Shown piece by piece: positions 50,893 through 61,820 of a DNA stretch of 64,000 bases. How positions within the stretch are numbered: position 1 is the stretch's first letter; each line of letters starts with the position of its first letter. The notes beneath the pieces were generated by a model. The model made no database searches and was not told the origin of the DNA. It saw only the letters and a list, made by a program, of their open reading frames with translations. The stretch is from Tieghemostelium lacteum (lineage: Eukaryota), in NCBI GenBank assembly GCA_001606155.1, contig LODT01000016.1:449870-513869 (forward strand), in the 5' to 3' direction. A program made the translations under genes and the position numbers.

Positions 50893-52647
50893 TTACATAC
50901 GGAATACACCAAAACCATCGGAAGGAACATTAATTGGTTGATTTAAACATGAGGATAAAGATAAGGCGATAACTTTTCTGGTATCTTGTGGATCAATAAC
51001 ACCATCATCCCAACAACGTGCAGAGGAGTAGTATGGAGAACCTTCAACTTCATATTTATCTTGAATTGGTTTTTTGAAGGCATTTTCTTCTTCAGTAGTC
51101 CAAGGTTTCTTACCATCCTTTGCAAGATTGTCTTTTTGAATTTGAGAGAGTACAGAGGCAGCTTGTTCACCACCCATAACTGATATTTTAGCATTTGGCC
51201 ACATGTAAAGGAATCTTGGTGAATAGGCACGACCACACATACCATAATTACCAGCACCAAATGAACCACCAATGATCACTGTAATCTTTGGAACTTTTGC
51301 AGTACTTACAGCCATAACCATTTTAGCACCATCTTTTGCAATACCTTTAGCCTCATAGGATTTACCAACCATGAAACCAGTTATATTCTGTAAGAATAAC
51401 AATGGGATACCTCTTTGATTACATAATTCAATAAAATGTGCACCTTTAACTGCAGATTCGCTGAATAGAATACCATTGTTTGCAATGATACCTACAGGCA
51501 TTCCATGAACTCTTGCAAAACCACAAACTAAAGTTTGACCATACAATTCTTTGAATTCATCAAATCTACTTCCATCTACAATTCTAGAGATCACCTTTCT
51601 GACATCGAATGTCTTTCTTAGATCGCTTGGTACTATACCAGAAAGATCTGAAATTGGGTATAAAGGCTCTTCAACAGGGGTCAAAGTTACAGAAGGTTGT
51701 TTCTTTCTATTGAGATTCGAAACAATTCTTCTGGTTATTGAAAGTGCTTCTTGATCATTTCTAGCATAGTGATCTGTTACACCTGATGTCTTGCAATGTA
51801 GATCAGCACCACCTAATTCTTCAGCAGTTACAACCTCACCAGTTGCAGCCTTGACCAAAGGTGGACCACCTAGAAATATAGTACCAGTACCTTTAACAAT
51901 AACTGATTCATCAGCCATTGCAGGTACATATGCACCACCAGCTGTACAACTACCCATTACAACTGCAATCTGTGGAATTCTCTTTGCAGACATGTTAGCT
52001 TGATTAAAGAAAATTCTACCAAAATGATCACGATCTGGGAAGACATCAGCTTGTCTTGGTAAATTAGCACCACCAGAATCAACTAAATAGATACATGGTA
52101 AGTTATTCTCCTGTGCAATTTCTTGTGCTCTAAGATGTTTCTTTACAGTTATTGGAAAGTATGTACCACCTTTAACAGTACTATCATTGGCAACTATAAC
52201 ACATTCTTGACCTTGAACTCTACCTATACCTGTAATGATACCTCCAGCAGGTACATCTTCACCGTACATTTCATGACCAGCCAATTGAGAAAACTCTAAA
52301 AATGATGATCCTGCATCTATCAGTGCATCAATTCTCTGACGTGGTAGTAACTTTCCTCTGGAAATATGTCTTTCATTCAGTTTTGCTCCACCTCCCAATT
52401 TTACCTTTTCAATTGTCATTTTTAGTTTGTTTACTGTTTCTGTCATCTTTTCTAAATTCTCTTTAAATTCAGCAGAGTTCTTATCTACACTGCCATCTAG
52501 AATATTAATAGTTTTATCATCAGAGTAATATCCTCTTTTTTGATAAAATAGACCATTACTACTACTACTGCCGATTAAACCACTATTATTTAATTTAAAA
52601 TTAAATAATTTATTACTTTTGGATATTAAATTATTTAATCTCAACAT
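50893..52647 (-). CDS. mccb: 3-methylcrotonyl-CoA carboxylase beta subunit (carboxyltransferase)
   Basis: [113 protein letters not shown] is near-identical to MCCC2. Probable start MLRLNN at 52647 (mitochondrial presequence). The ORF extends to 52683. Confidence 0.9.
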   Translation of the reverse strand: MLRLNNLISKSNKLFNFKLNNSGLIGSSSSNGLFYQKRGYYSDDKTINILDGSVDKNSAEFKENLEKMTETVNKLKMTIEKVKLGGGAKLNERHISRGKLLPRQRIDALIDAGSSFLEFSQLAGHEMYGEDVPAGGIITGIGRVQGQECVIVANDSTVKGGTYFPITVKKHLRAQEIAQENNLPCIYLVDSGGANLPRQADVFPDRDHFGRIFFNQANMSAKRIPQIAVVMGSCTAGGAYVPAMADESVIVKGTGTIFLGGPPLVKAATGEVVTAEELGGADLHCKTSGVTDHYARNDQEALSITRRIVSNLNRKKQPSVTLTPVEEPLYPISDLSGIVPSDLRKTFDVRKVISRIVDGSRFDEFKELYGQTLVCGFARVHGMPVGIIANNGILFSESAVKGAHFIELCNQRGIPLLFLQNITGFMVGKSYEAKGIAKDGAKMVMAVSTAKVPKITVIIGGSFGAGNYGMCGRAYSPRFLYMWPNAKISVMGGEQAASVLSQIQKDNLAKDGKKPWTTEEENAFKKPIQDKYEVEGSPYYSSARCWDDGVIDPQDTRKVIALSLSSCLNQPINVPSDGFGVFRM

Positions 52648-52796
52648 TATATGTAATTTTCGAAAAGTGATGAAAATGAACACACTCTAGATGATTTCTA
52701 AATCAAAAATAAAAAAAAAAAAAAAAAAAAAATAAAAATTTTTTATTTTATGTTCACAATGAGAGCATATCCTGAAAAGGATTAGAAAGGATTTTA

Positions 52797-53302
52797 TTAA
52801 AGTTTTGAATCATTTAATTCTAGTAATAGAATTTTTTCTTTTGATTTAATCTGGTCAACCATTTTCAAATAAGTATGGTCATTAGTAACTAAATTATGGT
52901 CTAAATGATTTCTATGGAATATAGACAACCAATAGACAACCAAGAAACTTCTTAAAATATCTTTTGGAAGATATGAAGTTGATAAACCATTATGGTGTGG
53001 TAACATTACACTATTTGAATTTGGACTATTACTCAATGGAATAGTTGATGATATGGATAGTTTAAGTGGTGATTTATCAGTTGAACTACTAGTACTACTA
53101 CTTCCACTAGTACCATGTATCAAATGTAAAGAATCAAATGATAATTTTGGTAGTTGTGTACTATATAAAACACTAAGTAATGATGCTTTTCCATTTGGTG
53201 TTGTTGTAGTTCCTAGTGATGATCTAGGAGGTGAATAATATTCTAAATCTAATAGTAACCAACCTTGTTTTTGTAATTCAAAACTATAAGGTAATTGAAT
53301 GA

Positions 53303-53339
<37 letters not shown>

Positions 53340-56010
53340 GTTATTATTATTTGGTGGTATATGATGATTAAATATATTTTGATATCTATTAATATTTTCA
53401 TTTAGATTGGATATTTTAAAATGGTAATTGGGAATGATGGAAATGGAATTCTCTAGGAAAATGGCATTTGGTCCTGAAATGTGAGTTTTAGCTCTTGCAT
53501 TTCTATTTAGAATCTCAACAGATTCTGATAATAATTCTTTACATATATCCCATCCTTTATACATTGATATACTAGAATGACCATGTAAAAATCCACCATT
53601 GGTTGATGGACTTGATGACATTAGTATAGGTGATACTGATGATGATGTTGATGGACTACTTCCAGGTGATATCTGTACATTTTCCATTGAATTACTATTT
53701 GATGGCAATGAAGATGATAATACACCATCATGTACAACATGTCTATCTAAAAAGACACTAGATATCAAGCCACAATTACTTTGTAAATAATATGAAAACA
53801 CAACAGCACCAACTATAAAAGGTACTAGTGAATCATCTCTATATGCTAAGGATAGAAGTATATGTAAATCTTCATTGGAGGTTACTCTATTCTTTCTAGT
53901 TAACAATGCTTGTAGTTTATCTTTAGGTTCAATATCACTGGAAACTGGAAGTGAACTATAAAATTGATCAAAAAGATCTTGATGGAAATTCTGAGCTAGA
54001 TCGAGGAACATGAAGGGTCTTTGCCATGGCATGTGTAGTAATGGAATCTTTTCTCTTCTCATGAGAGAATCCATCATTTTTCTGTAATCGTGGTCATCTT
54101 CAAACCAGTATCCAGTACGTGCACATGTATTCTTCCAGAATGAACTAATAAAGTTGATTAAGAGTGTGTTGGGTAGATAATGAAGTTCTCTAGAGACACC
54201 ATTCTTGGAGGTTGATGGTGATTTTACCATATCTAGATTCTGACGTTCCAATGGGATTCTTGGTGTGATTAGAACTATTAAATTCAATGATTTACTAGGT
54301 TGTTTATCATAGGATAGAGGAGGTTGTAGATAATGAAAATCCACTTTTCTCCATCCCATTTTTTCTAAAAATTCTTGTTTATAAGAAATCTCTGCAATTT
54401 CTGATGATTCTTCAAAAATAGTACCACAATTTTGTGAGTGGTTTTGGTAACTTGTCTCTAAGAATATAGCATTACATCCAGCTAAATGACCACAATCTAC
54501 TGCGTTCTGTTCGAGGATATCAACAGCTCTTTGTATCAGTGCTCTTGCCATACGTTCTGCACGGTTATTAGGACCACCTCCGACTAAGAGATAAGTCAAT
54601 AGACCACAATTGACAGACTTGTGATACTCAAATGCCAAACCACCACAGATAATAGGTTCTTCACCTTGGTTATCTTGGTCTGGGTACCGTAGTGCTACTA
54701 GTAAATGAAAATCTTCAGTTTGAGTTTTGTTTTGTGAATTTGTAGATGTGGTGTTTGGTAACATGTTTATCCAACTTTCTAAAGGTTCAAGTTCATCAGA
54801 ACCTGAGAAATTAGGTACCAGTACATTATTATAGAACTTTTGTATCAGAGGTTGACTATTGAATGTGTCTCTCAGGTCTACTAATGTCCATGGTCTCTCC
54901 CAAGGAAGGTCTAAAAGAGGTATTCTGTCTCTACGATTCACTTGATCCATCATTCTCTGATAGTCTATATCCAACTCCCACTGGTTTTGGTCTAATCTCG
55001 AACAACAACTATCCCAAAATACCCTCAAAAAGTTCTTTAATAATGTAGATGGTAAATAATATCTCTCTTCTTTACCTAATGTATATTTTGGTATATTAGG
55101 TGTAACCAAACATGTCAATAATAAATCTTTACATTTTCCTGCTTCTTTTGATAATGGTGGTTGAATATAATCAAAATCTAATAATTTAATTCCTAATTTA
55201 TGAAATATACTATGACGTCTATTTTTACAAAGTAATATAAATGTGGGTGTTAGTGGGGGTTTATAAAACATGGTTTTTTAATGTAAATAGTTATGATGAA
55301 TACAAACTTTACAGGATCCATTACATCCTCTTCTGGTGAGACTTTTTCTGAAGAATTTGTTTCAAGAAATATTGCATTACAGCCACCTAGATGACCTCTA
55401 ATTCTACCATTTTCCATTAATCTCTCAGTAGCCTCTTTTAGAAGAGTACCAGCTAGACCTTGGCCTCTATACTCTGAACTAACTAATAAATAAGTTATGC
55501 AACCACAATTTATAGTTGGATAGAACTCAAATACCACACCACCCATGATATCTGATTGTTGTGGGTTTTGTTTCATATCAGGTGGACATAGAGCTAAAAT
55601 GATATGAAAATCAATGTCACTGCCTAACATGTTTAAATCTGTTCTATTACTTTGATTATTAGTACTACCCTGTTGATTAAGATTTAATGGATCAACTGAT
55701 AATGTATCACTATTGCTAAATGATAAATTCTCTTGAAACATTTCAACCCAATTATCTAAAGGTTCAAGTTCTAGAAATATAAACTATTAATAATCTATTA
55801 TATTAATACTTTATATTATTATCCAAACATACCATCTTCTTTTGGAAAATTAGGTACCATTAATTCTTCATAGAATCTTTTTAATACCGTATAATCGTAA
55901 TCTTTTCTTAAATCTATAAAATGTGGTGTGATTTTAGTGTGTTGTTGTTGTCCACCACCACCACCACCATTTTGAGTACTATGATTTCCATTCTGATGAT
56001 CAGATTTCAT
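52797..56010 (-). CDS. protein made of 3-4 tandem divergent GNAT-like (acetyltransferase-fold) modules; exons 56010..55833, 55769..55308, 55218..52797, with an apparent 1-nt frameshift near 55740
   Basis: Module 1: FYEELMVPNFPKEDE|LEPLDNWVE..FQENLSF...GGVVFEFYPTINCGCITYLLVSSEYRGQGLAGTLL...GCNAIFLET. Module 2: FYNNVLVPNFSGSDELEPLESWINML...ICGGLAFEYHKSVNCGLLTYLLVGGG...GCNAIFLETS. Module 3: ...IVGAVVFSYYLQSNCGLISSVFLD...GPNAIFLENS. Introns are 63 nt (GTATGT..tctAG) and 89 nt (GTTTGT..aatAG, containing CACTAAC). The LEPLDNWVE frame and the MFQENLSF frame are offset by one base at GTTGAATG (55744-55737). Confidence 0.55.
53291..53352. repeat. (ATT)n microsatellite encoding poly-N in the GNAT-repeat protein
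   Basis: ttattattattattattattattattattgttattattatt. Confidence 0.8.
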
Positions 56011-56300
56011 AGTATTTCTAATTTGTTATTACAAAAAAAAAAATAGATTTCTTTTGAAAGGATAAAAATTTAAAAATATCTGATATACGATTTTGTTTTA
56101 AAACATATTTTTATTTTTTTAAATTTATTTTTAAATTTCTAATAATAAGTTATTTAAACATAGGAATTTTTTGTTTTTTAAAATCTAAATAAAGTTCAAT
56201 AAAGTTTAATCAATTCATAATATATGTTTAATTTTTAAAGATAAATTAAAAATTTTGTTCGTTTTTTTTAATTTTCGTTAATTTCATTTTAAGTTAAAAC

Positions 56301-57557
56301 ATGTCTTCCAATTATAATTCACACAGAAATAATAATCATAAAGATAATAGAAATTACGATAAAGTTCATAGTGGATATTATAAGAGAGAAAGTTACAAAA
56401 AGAGGCATCCCAATCACTATAAAAGTGATAATTCCCACAATAATTATGAGAATAATGAATGGAATCCAATAAACCGATATAGTAATCAGAATCCAAACTA
56501 TCATTATCATTATCATTTTCAGGATTATCAACAATATTATGATAATCCAGATCCAAATCAATATTCACAATTCTACCAATCAGAAAACTATAGGCAGAGT
56601 GATTCTGTTGAATATTATAATCATTATTATAATGACACCTATAATAGTAATAATCTATCACCCACACACTATTCAAAGAAAAAAAATGACTATAATAGCA
56701 ATTACAATGAATGGGGTCGTGTTAACAATTCAAATATTTCAAATTTTCAATACTTTGGTTCAAAAGAAATTGTACCAAAATCATATCATGTAAAATATGG
56801 TAGCAACATTCCTGAGATAGATAACGACATGGATTTTTTCACAGAATCTACATCATTTATAAATTTACCACAAAGTATTAATAGTATCTATCGAGCTGCT
56901 GGTGTGTTATTGTACAGTATTCACAATAAAGAAATTCAATTTTTATTGGGATGTGAAGACAGAACTGAAAAACTAAAGAAACGGCCAAACAAGTTCAATT
57001 CACAACCATTTGTTTTCTTACCATTTGGTGGAAAAGTAGAAGAAGGTGAATCTGTGTATTTTACTGCATTGAGAGAACTCAATGAAGAAACTGGTTATAT
57101 ATTTCAAAATTCCTTGTCTCAATTTAAAAAAGAAATGAAACAATCTATAAAATATTGGATTCATGATAGTAAATATCTACTGATATGTTTAGAGATTCCC
57201 TATGATGAGGATCTTCCTAAAAAGTTTCAGGCTGTTGATAAAACAATGATGGCACATACAGATCAGGTGTATTTGGAGTGGGTAAAAATGGAAAATCTCT
57301 TTGCTGCCACCTATACGAATCCACAATTTATAAAAAATGATGGAACAACTGGTGAATGTCTGTCGTTCTTTGCATCAATGTTTCCTAGAATTAAACCTGT
57401 ATTCAATCACCTGTTAAATAATGTTAGAAATAAAGAAAAAATTGAAGAAAAGAAAGAACAGAGAATGGAACATATAAAATTAAATAATGATAAACAACAA
57501 AAAGTTCAAAAATCATTTAAACCTAATCCAAAAAAGGAATTTTCAAAAAAGAAATAA
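56301..57557 (+). CDS. Nudix hydrolase with an N/Y/H-rich low-complexity N-terminal half
   Basis: Nudix box GGKVEEGESVYFTALRELNEETG (GX5EX7REUXEEXGU). Single ORF. Confidence 0.7.
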   Translation: MSSNYNSHRNNNHKDNRNYDKVHSGYYKRESYKKRHPNHYKSDNSHNNYENNEWNPINRYSNQNPNYHYHYHFQDYQQYYDNPDPNQYSQFYQSENYRQSDSVEYYNHYYNDTYNSNNLSPTHYSKKKNDYNSNYNEWGRVNNSNISNFQYFGSKEIVPKSYHVKYGSNIPEIDNDMDFFTESTSFINLPQSINSIYRAAGVLLYSIHNKEIQFLLGCEDRTEKLKKRPNKFNSQPFVFLPFGGKVEEGESVYFTALRELNEETGYIFQNSLSQFKKEMKQSIKYWIHDSKYLLICLEIPYDEDLPKKFQAVDKTMMAHTDQVYLEWVKMENLFAATYTNPQFIKNDGTTGECLSFFASMFPRIKPVFNHLLNNVRNKEKIEEKKEQRMEHIKLNNDKQQKVQKSFKPNPKKEFSKKK

Positions 57558-57651
57558 CCACCCACTCTACAACAACTAAGTTCTCATTCACTTTATATTC
57601 TAATAAATATTCAATATTGAAATACAAAACTACTCTAGATATAGAATTCTT

Positions 57652-58812
57652 TTACTTTTTATTGAAAAAAGATTTCTTTTTACCCTCAAAACCAGCACGC
57701 TTCAAATTTGGAGAAGCAGAACCACCTGTTGATTTCTTCTTTTTAATACCCATTTTTCTATCTTTTTTATCTTGAATCTTTTTAGCAATGTTATCTTCAC
57801 GTTTCTGAATTCTAGATTTAACCTTTTCTTTCTCCAAATGTTTACGTTCCATGTAGTTTCTAGCTGATTTTAGTTTCTCTTTTTCTCTCTTTTTCAGTGA
57901 TTTCTTAATAAGTGCTGCATTGTCTTTTATCTTTACACCATTTACCTTGTCCAATGCCGAAGACCATTTAAGAGCAGTTACAACATCTTTACCCTCACCA
58001 GTCTTTTGAGCATTCTGAAAGATCTTTTCTTTCTCCTCAGCAATCTTTAGTAATTGATGTTTATTCAATTTTCCTTTGTTGGCAAGATAAGATGGAATAG
58101 GTTTACCAGTACTGAAATCAAATGTACTAAATTGTATATCTTCTTCTTTTATATTTTTTAATTTCACCTTTTCACTAGATAAACTATTTTTCTCTTTTTT
58201 AACTTTAATTTCTTTTTCTTCTTCTTCTTCTTCTTCATCTTCATCTTCGTCACTATCTTCATTTATATCACTTTCATAATCTTCATCGTCCATATCACTT
58301 AAATCACTTTCTTTTTCTTCTTCTTCTTCTTCTTCTTCTTTTACTTCTTCTTTTATATATATATCATCACCTACATTTTTTCTTTTTCTAGAGTTTTCAT
58401 TTTTTGATGTGTTGGATGTGGTAGTGGTGTTACTATTATTTGAATTTTTATTATTAGATTTGGTATTATTATTATTATTATTGGATGTTGATGTAATTTT
58501 AGTGTTTCCATCTTCAGATTTTAGTTTCTTTTTAGGGTGAGAAACTTCTTCTTCATTATCACTATTATATTCCTGTTTAGTTGGTGGAATATTTAACTTT
58601 TCTTTTGGTGCTCTTTTTGATTTTAGATCATCTAGTTGTTTCTTTAAAAGTTCTTTCAAATCTTTTTTATTTGAATTGTTGAGTTTATTATGTGTATTAT
58701 TGGTATCTGGTTTCAATGGTGTACTTAATCTACTAGAAAATGATGCTGTTTCAGATGTTGTTGGATCCTTAATGATATCAAATATAGAGTTCATCCCTAT
58801 CACAAACATCAA
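57652..58812 (-). CDS. SURF6/Rrp14-family nucleolar ribosome-biogenesis protein
   Basis: C-terminal ~150 aa are Lys/Arg-rich: KHQLLKIAEEKEKIFQNAQKTGEGKDVVTALKWSSALDKVNGVKIKDNAALIKKSLKKREKEKLKSARNYMERKHLEKEK...KMGIKKKK, the SURF6 domain pattern. Acidic poly-E middle. Confidence 0.6.
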   Translation of the reverse strand: MMFVIGMNSIFDIIKDPTTSETASFSSRLSTPLKPDTNNTHNKLNNSNKKDLKELLKKQLDDLKSKRAPKEKLNIPPTKQEYNSDNEEEVSHPKKKLKSEDGNTKITSTSNNNNNNTKSNNKNSNNSNTTTTSNTSKNENSRKRKNVGDDIYIKEEVKEEEEEEEEKESDLSDMDDEDYESDINEDSDEDEDEEEEEEEKEIKVKKEKNSLSSEKVKLKNIKEEDIQFSTFDFSTGKPIPSYLANKGKLNKHQLLKIAEEKEKIFQNAQKTGEGKDVVTALKWSSALDKVNGVKIKDNAALIKKSLKKREKEKLKSARNYMERKHLEKEKVKSRIQKREDNIAKKIQDKKDRKMGIKKKKSTGGSASPNLKRAGFEGKKKSFFNKK

Positions 58813-59070
58813 AGTTAGTAAATCAACATTTGTAAATTCATCATAATCACTTTATATTAATCATACAATTTGAAGATTCTTTCAATCTACTAGATATATC
58901 CATTTTTTATAATTTCAGTAATAGATACAGATCTTTTTCGTCAATCGTTTAGAAAAAAAAATAAAAATTAAAAAAAAATAAAATCTTTTTTTGGGGTAAA
59001 AATTAAATTTAATATTTGAGAACAAACACTTTGATATTCTAATAATATTACACGAATTTTTAAAAATATA

Positions 59071-60330
59071 ATGAAAATATCATATATATTGTTACTTTTG
59101 TCACTATTTAGTTTTATAGTAATTGGATTATTAGGTGAAGAAGTGGATATTGGTGTTGGAAATGTTGAAGATGAAGATGATTTTATAATGAAAAAGAATG
59201 TTCAACAGAGAAATCTAATAAGAGAGAACATAAAACCAACTAGTATACTAAATAATTATCAGAAATACTATATAAAGACTGACCATAGAAATTTTGGTGA
59301 GAATGATAATAATATAAAGACACTGGCTTATCTTACACCTTGGAATAAAAAAGGATTTGAAAGTAGTGTAATGTTCAGAGAGAAATTCACCCATTTATCA
59401 CCAGTTTGGTTTCAGATTAAACCCTATTCACCATCACCCAATACATTGATTATAGAAGGTCAACACAATGTAGATAAAGAATGGATATTTAAGATTAAGA
59501 ATGGTAATAATCGTACTCTTATAGTGCCAAGATTTAATTTTGAAGGTGAGAGTTTAACTCTACAGTTACTTCACCAAGAGTTTCAAAGTAAAAGGTTTAT
59601 AGATTCATTAGTAAAAACTATAACAGACAATGATTTTGACGGTTTAGTAATGGAGGGTATATATTATGTAGAGAATAGACAAATCAGAAAACATTTCCTT
59701 GAAAATTTATCAAATTTACTGCATAAACTTGGTAAACAGTTATTTATTGTAATACAGGTAAAATATTATAATCCTGATTTATTATTTTTATAATGAATAC
59801 TAATTTCAATGAAAATTTAGCCAATACATAAAAACTCACAAAGAGCAATTTCATTTACTAAAGAAGATGTTAGTGAATTATCGGCATTTGTAGATGGATT
59901 TTCTTTAATGACTTATGACTTTGATCCTAGAAATGCTGATAATTCACCTATTCATTGGATGAGGGACAATTTAAAATATTTCCTTGGTGATGATATACAG
60001 AATATAAATCAATATATAAGTAAGAAGATTTTGATGGGCGTTCCATTCTATGGTTATAAACATTCTTTGGCTACAAATGAGTTTCATGCTGTAATGTCAT
60101 GGGACTTTACAGAGGTATTGGAAAAGAATAGCAAAGGTAAATTCCAATGGAATCAAGCAACCTATGAACATAATTTCTCTTATAAGGATTCAAATAACTA
60201 TAATATGAAACTCACTTATCCAACTCTACTGTTTTTGGATGAGAGATTAAAACTCGCAAAACAATATCATTGCTCTATATCTATTTGGGAGTTAGGTCAA
60301 GGCATGAACTACTTTTATGACCTTTTATAA
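59071..60330 (+). CDS. chitinase-domain-containing protein 1 (CHID1-like, GH18 fold, non-catalytic type); exons 59071..59757 and 59821..60330
   Basis: Signal peptide. LAYLTPWNKKGFESSVMFREKFTHLSPVWFQIK...FDGLVMEG...; exon 2 PIHKNSQRAISFTKEDVSELSAFVDGFSLMTYDFD...[19 protein letters not shown] matches the CHID1 C-terminus ([21 protein letters not shown]). GTAAAA donor at 59758, aatttAG acceptor. Confidence 0.8.
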
Positions 60331-60752
60331 ATTATTAGGTTTATACATTTGATATGACATTAGAAATAATTATAATAAAAAATTTTACACATGGGTTCCA
60401 CAAAAGTAAATTATTGACTGCGTTATAGGTTTCAAGTTATTTGAATTCTATCAAATAACTGTTGATAAATTTTTATTTTCAAAAATAGTCGATTTGATTT
60501 TACAACACTACCACTTTTGTAAAATGGCTAATTTTAGATTGAGATATTGACAAAAAAATGTAAAAAATATACTCGATTTGGTGGTGGTGTTTGTCTTTCG
60601 TAACGTTAAAAAAAGCGAGGCACTTGCTGATGAGATTATAATAATATATATTTAAATTAAATTCCTCCAATCATTTCAATTCAAATTATAAATTTTTTTT
60701 TAAATTATTTTATACATTCACAAGAAGAAGGAAAGAGATTAATATACAGAAA

Positions 60753-61607
60753 ATGTCAACTGAAAGAGGATTTAAAGATTCAATTGCAGGAACAGTATCA
60801 GGAGCAGCATGTCTATTTACAGGACATCCATTTGATACCATTAGAGTTCGTCTTCAAACATCAAATACACCAGTTGGTATTATAGACATGTTTCAAAAGA
60901 CTGTTAAATACGAAGGTTTTAAAGGATTATATAAAGGGGTTACATCACCTCTGTTAGGTGTAATGTTTGAAACTGCAATTCTTTTTACAGCCTACGGACA
61001 AATGAAAGAACTTTTAAGAGGAAAACACGAAAAGCAAGATCGTATTATAAACTGTGGTATAAGTGGTGGTTTCGCAGGTCTAGTTGCATCACTATTTCTA
61101 ACACCTATTGAATTGGTTAAATGTCGATTACAAGTTCAAACTACAGGACCACAAAAATATAAAGGTTCTTGGGATTGTTTAGTTAAAACCATTCAAGAGT
61201 CAGGCGTAAAAGGAATCTATAAAGGATATGTGCCTACAATGGCTAGAGAAGTTGTAGGAAATGTAGCATTCTTTAGTTGTTATGAATCTCTAAAGAGATA
61301 TTTCACAATAAGAGCCGCTCAAAAAAATCCAGATAAACCTGCAACTCTATCTCTACCATCATTGATTATGGCTGGTGGTATCAGTGGTATGGCATACTGG
61401 ACTGTCTTATACCCAGTCGATGTTGCAAAATCACAAATTCAAACTTCTGAAACTAGTCAATCAGTTTTCAAAATTTTAGGTGACACTTATAAAAGAGAAG
61501 GTCTAAAAGGTTGGTTCCGAGGTTATACACCAACTATCATTCGTTCTTTCCCAACTAATGCTGTAATGTTTTCAGTTTATGAAATTGTTATTTATTTATT
61601 AGGATAA
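60753..61607 (+). CDS. mitochondrial carrier family protein (SLC25; carnitine/acylcarnitine- or ornithine-carrier-like)
   Basis: Three Mitochondrial carrier repeats with PFDTIRVRLQ, KGLYKG, PIELVKCRLQ, PVDVAKSQIQ. 284 aa, single exon. Confidence 0.85.
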   Translation: MSTERGFKDSIAGTVSGAACLFTGHPFDTIRVRLQTSNTPVGIIDMFQKTVKYEGFKGLYKGVTSPLLGVMFETAILFTAYGQMKELLRGKHEKQDRIINCGISGGFAGLVASLFLTPIELVKCRLQVQTTGPQKYKGSWDCLVKTIQESGVKGIYKGYVPTMAREVVGNVAFFSCYESLKRYFTIRAAQKNPDKPATLSLPSLIMAGGISGMAYWTVLYPVDVAKSQIQTSETSQSVFKILGDTYKREGLKGWFRGYTPTIIRSFPTNAVMFSVYEIVIYLLG

Positions 61608-61820
61608 AATACTTTTTATCCCGTATTTATAAAAATAAAGTAAAGTTATAATAACAATTTTAGGCGCACTCATTAATTAATAACATTTTAAAATGTAAAA
61701 TTATTATAATAAAAATCTAGGTATTTTCAAAAACCCAATATGTCTTCATTGTTGTGATTGAAACTTTTCGTTCGTTTTTGTTTTAATTTTAATTTATTTT
61801 TATTTTTTTCATTTGTCGAC

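Noticed and set aside
50943-52003. Four 65-109-aa ORFs inside the MCCC2 gene
   Set aside because: Nested in or antisense to the conserved carboxyltransferase ORF.
56284-56793. ORFs 56284..56676(-), 56319..56561(-) and 56539..56793(+) overlapping the start of the Nudix gene
   Set aside because: Frame variants of the N/Y/H-rich low-complexity repeats (aat/tat/cat codons); only the + frame continues into the Nudix box.
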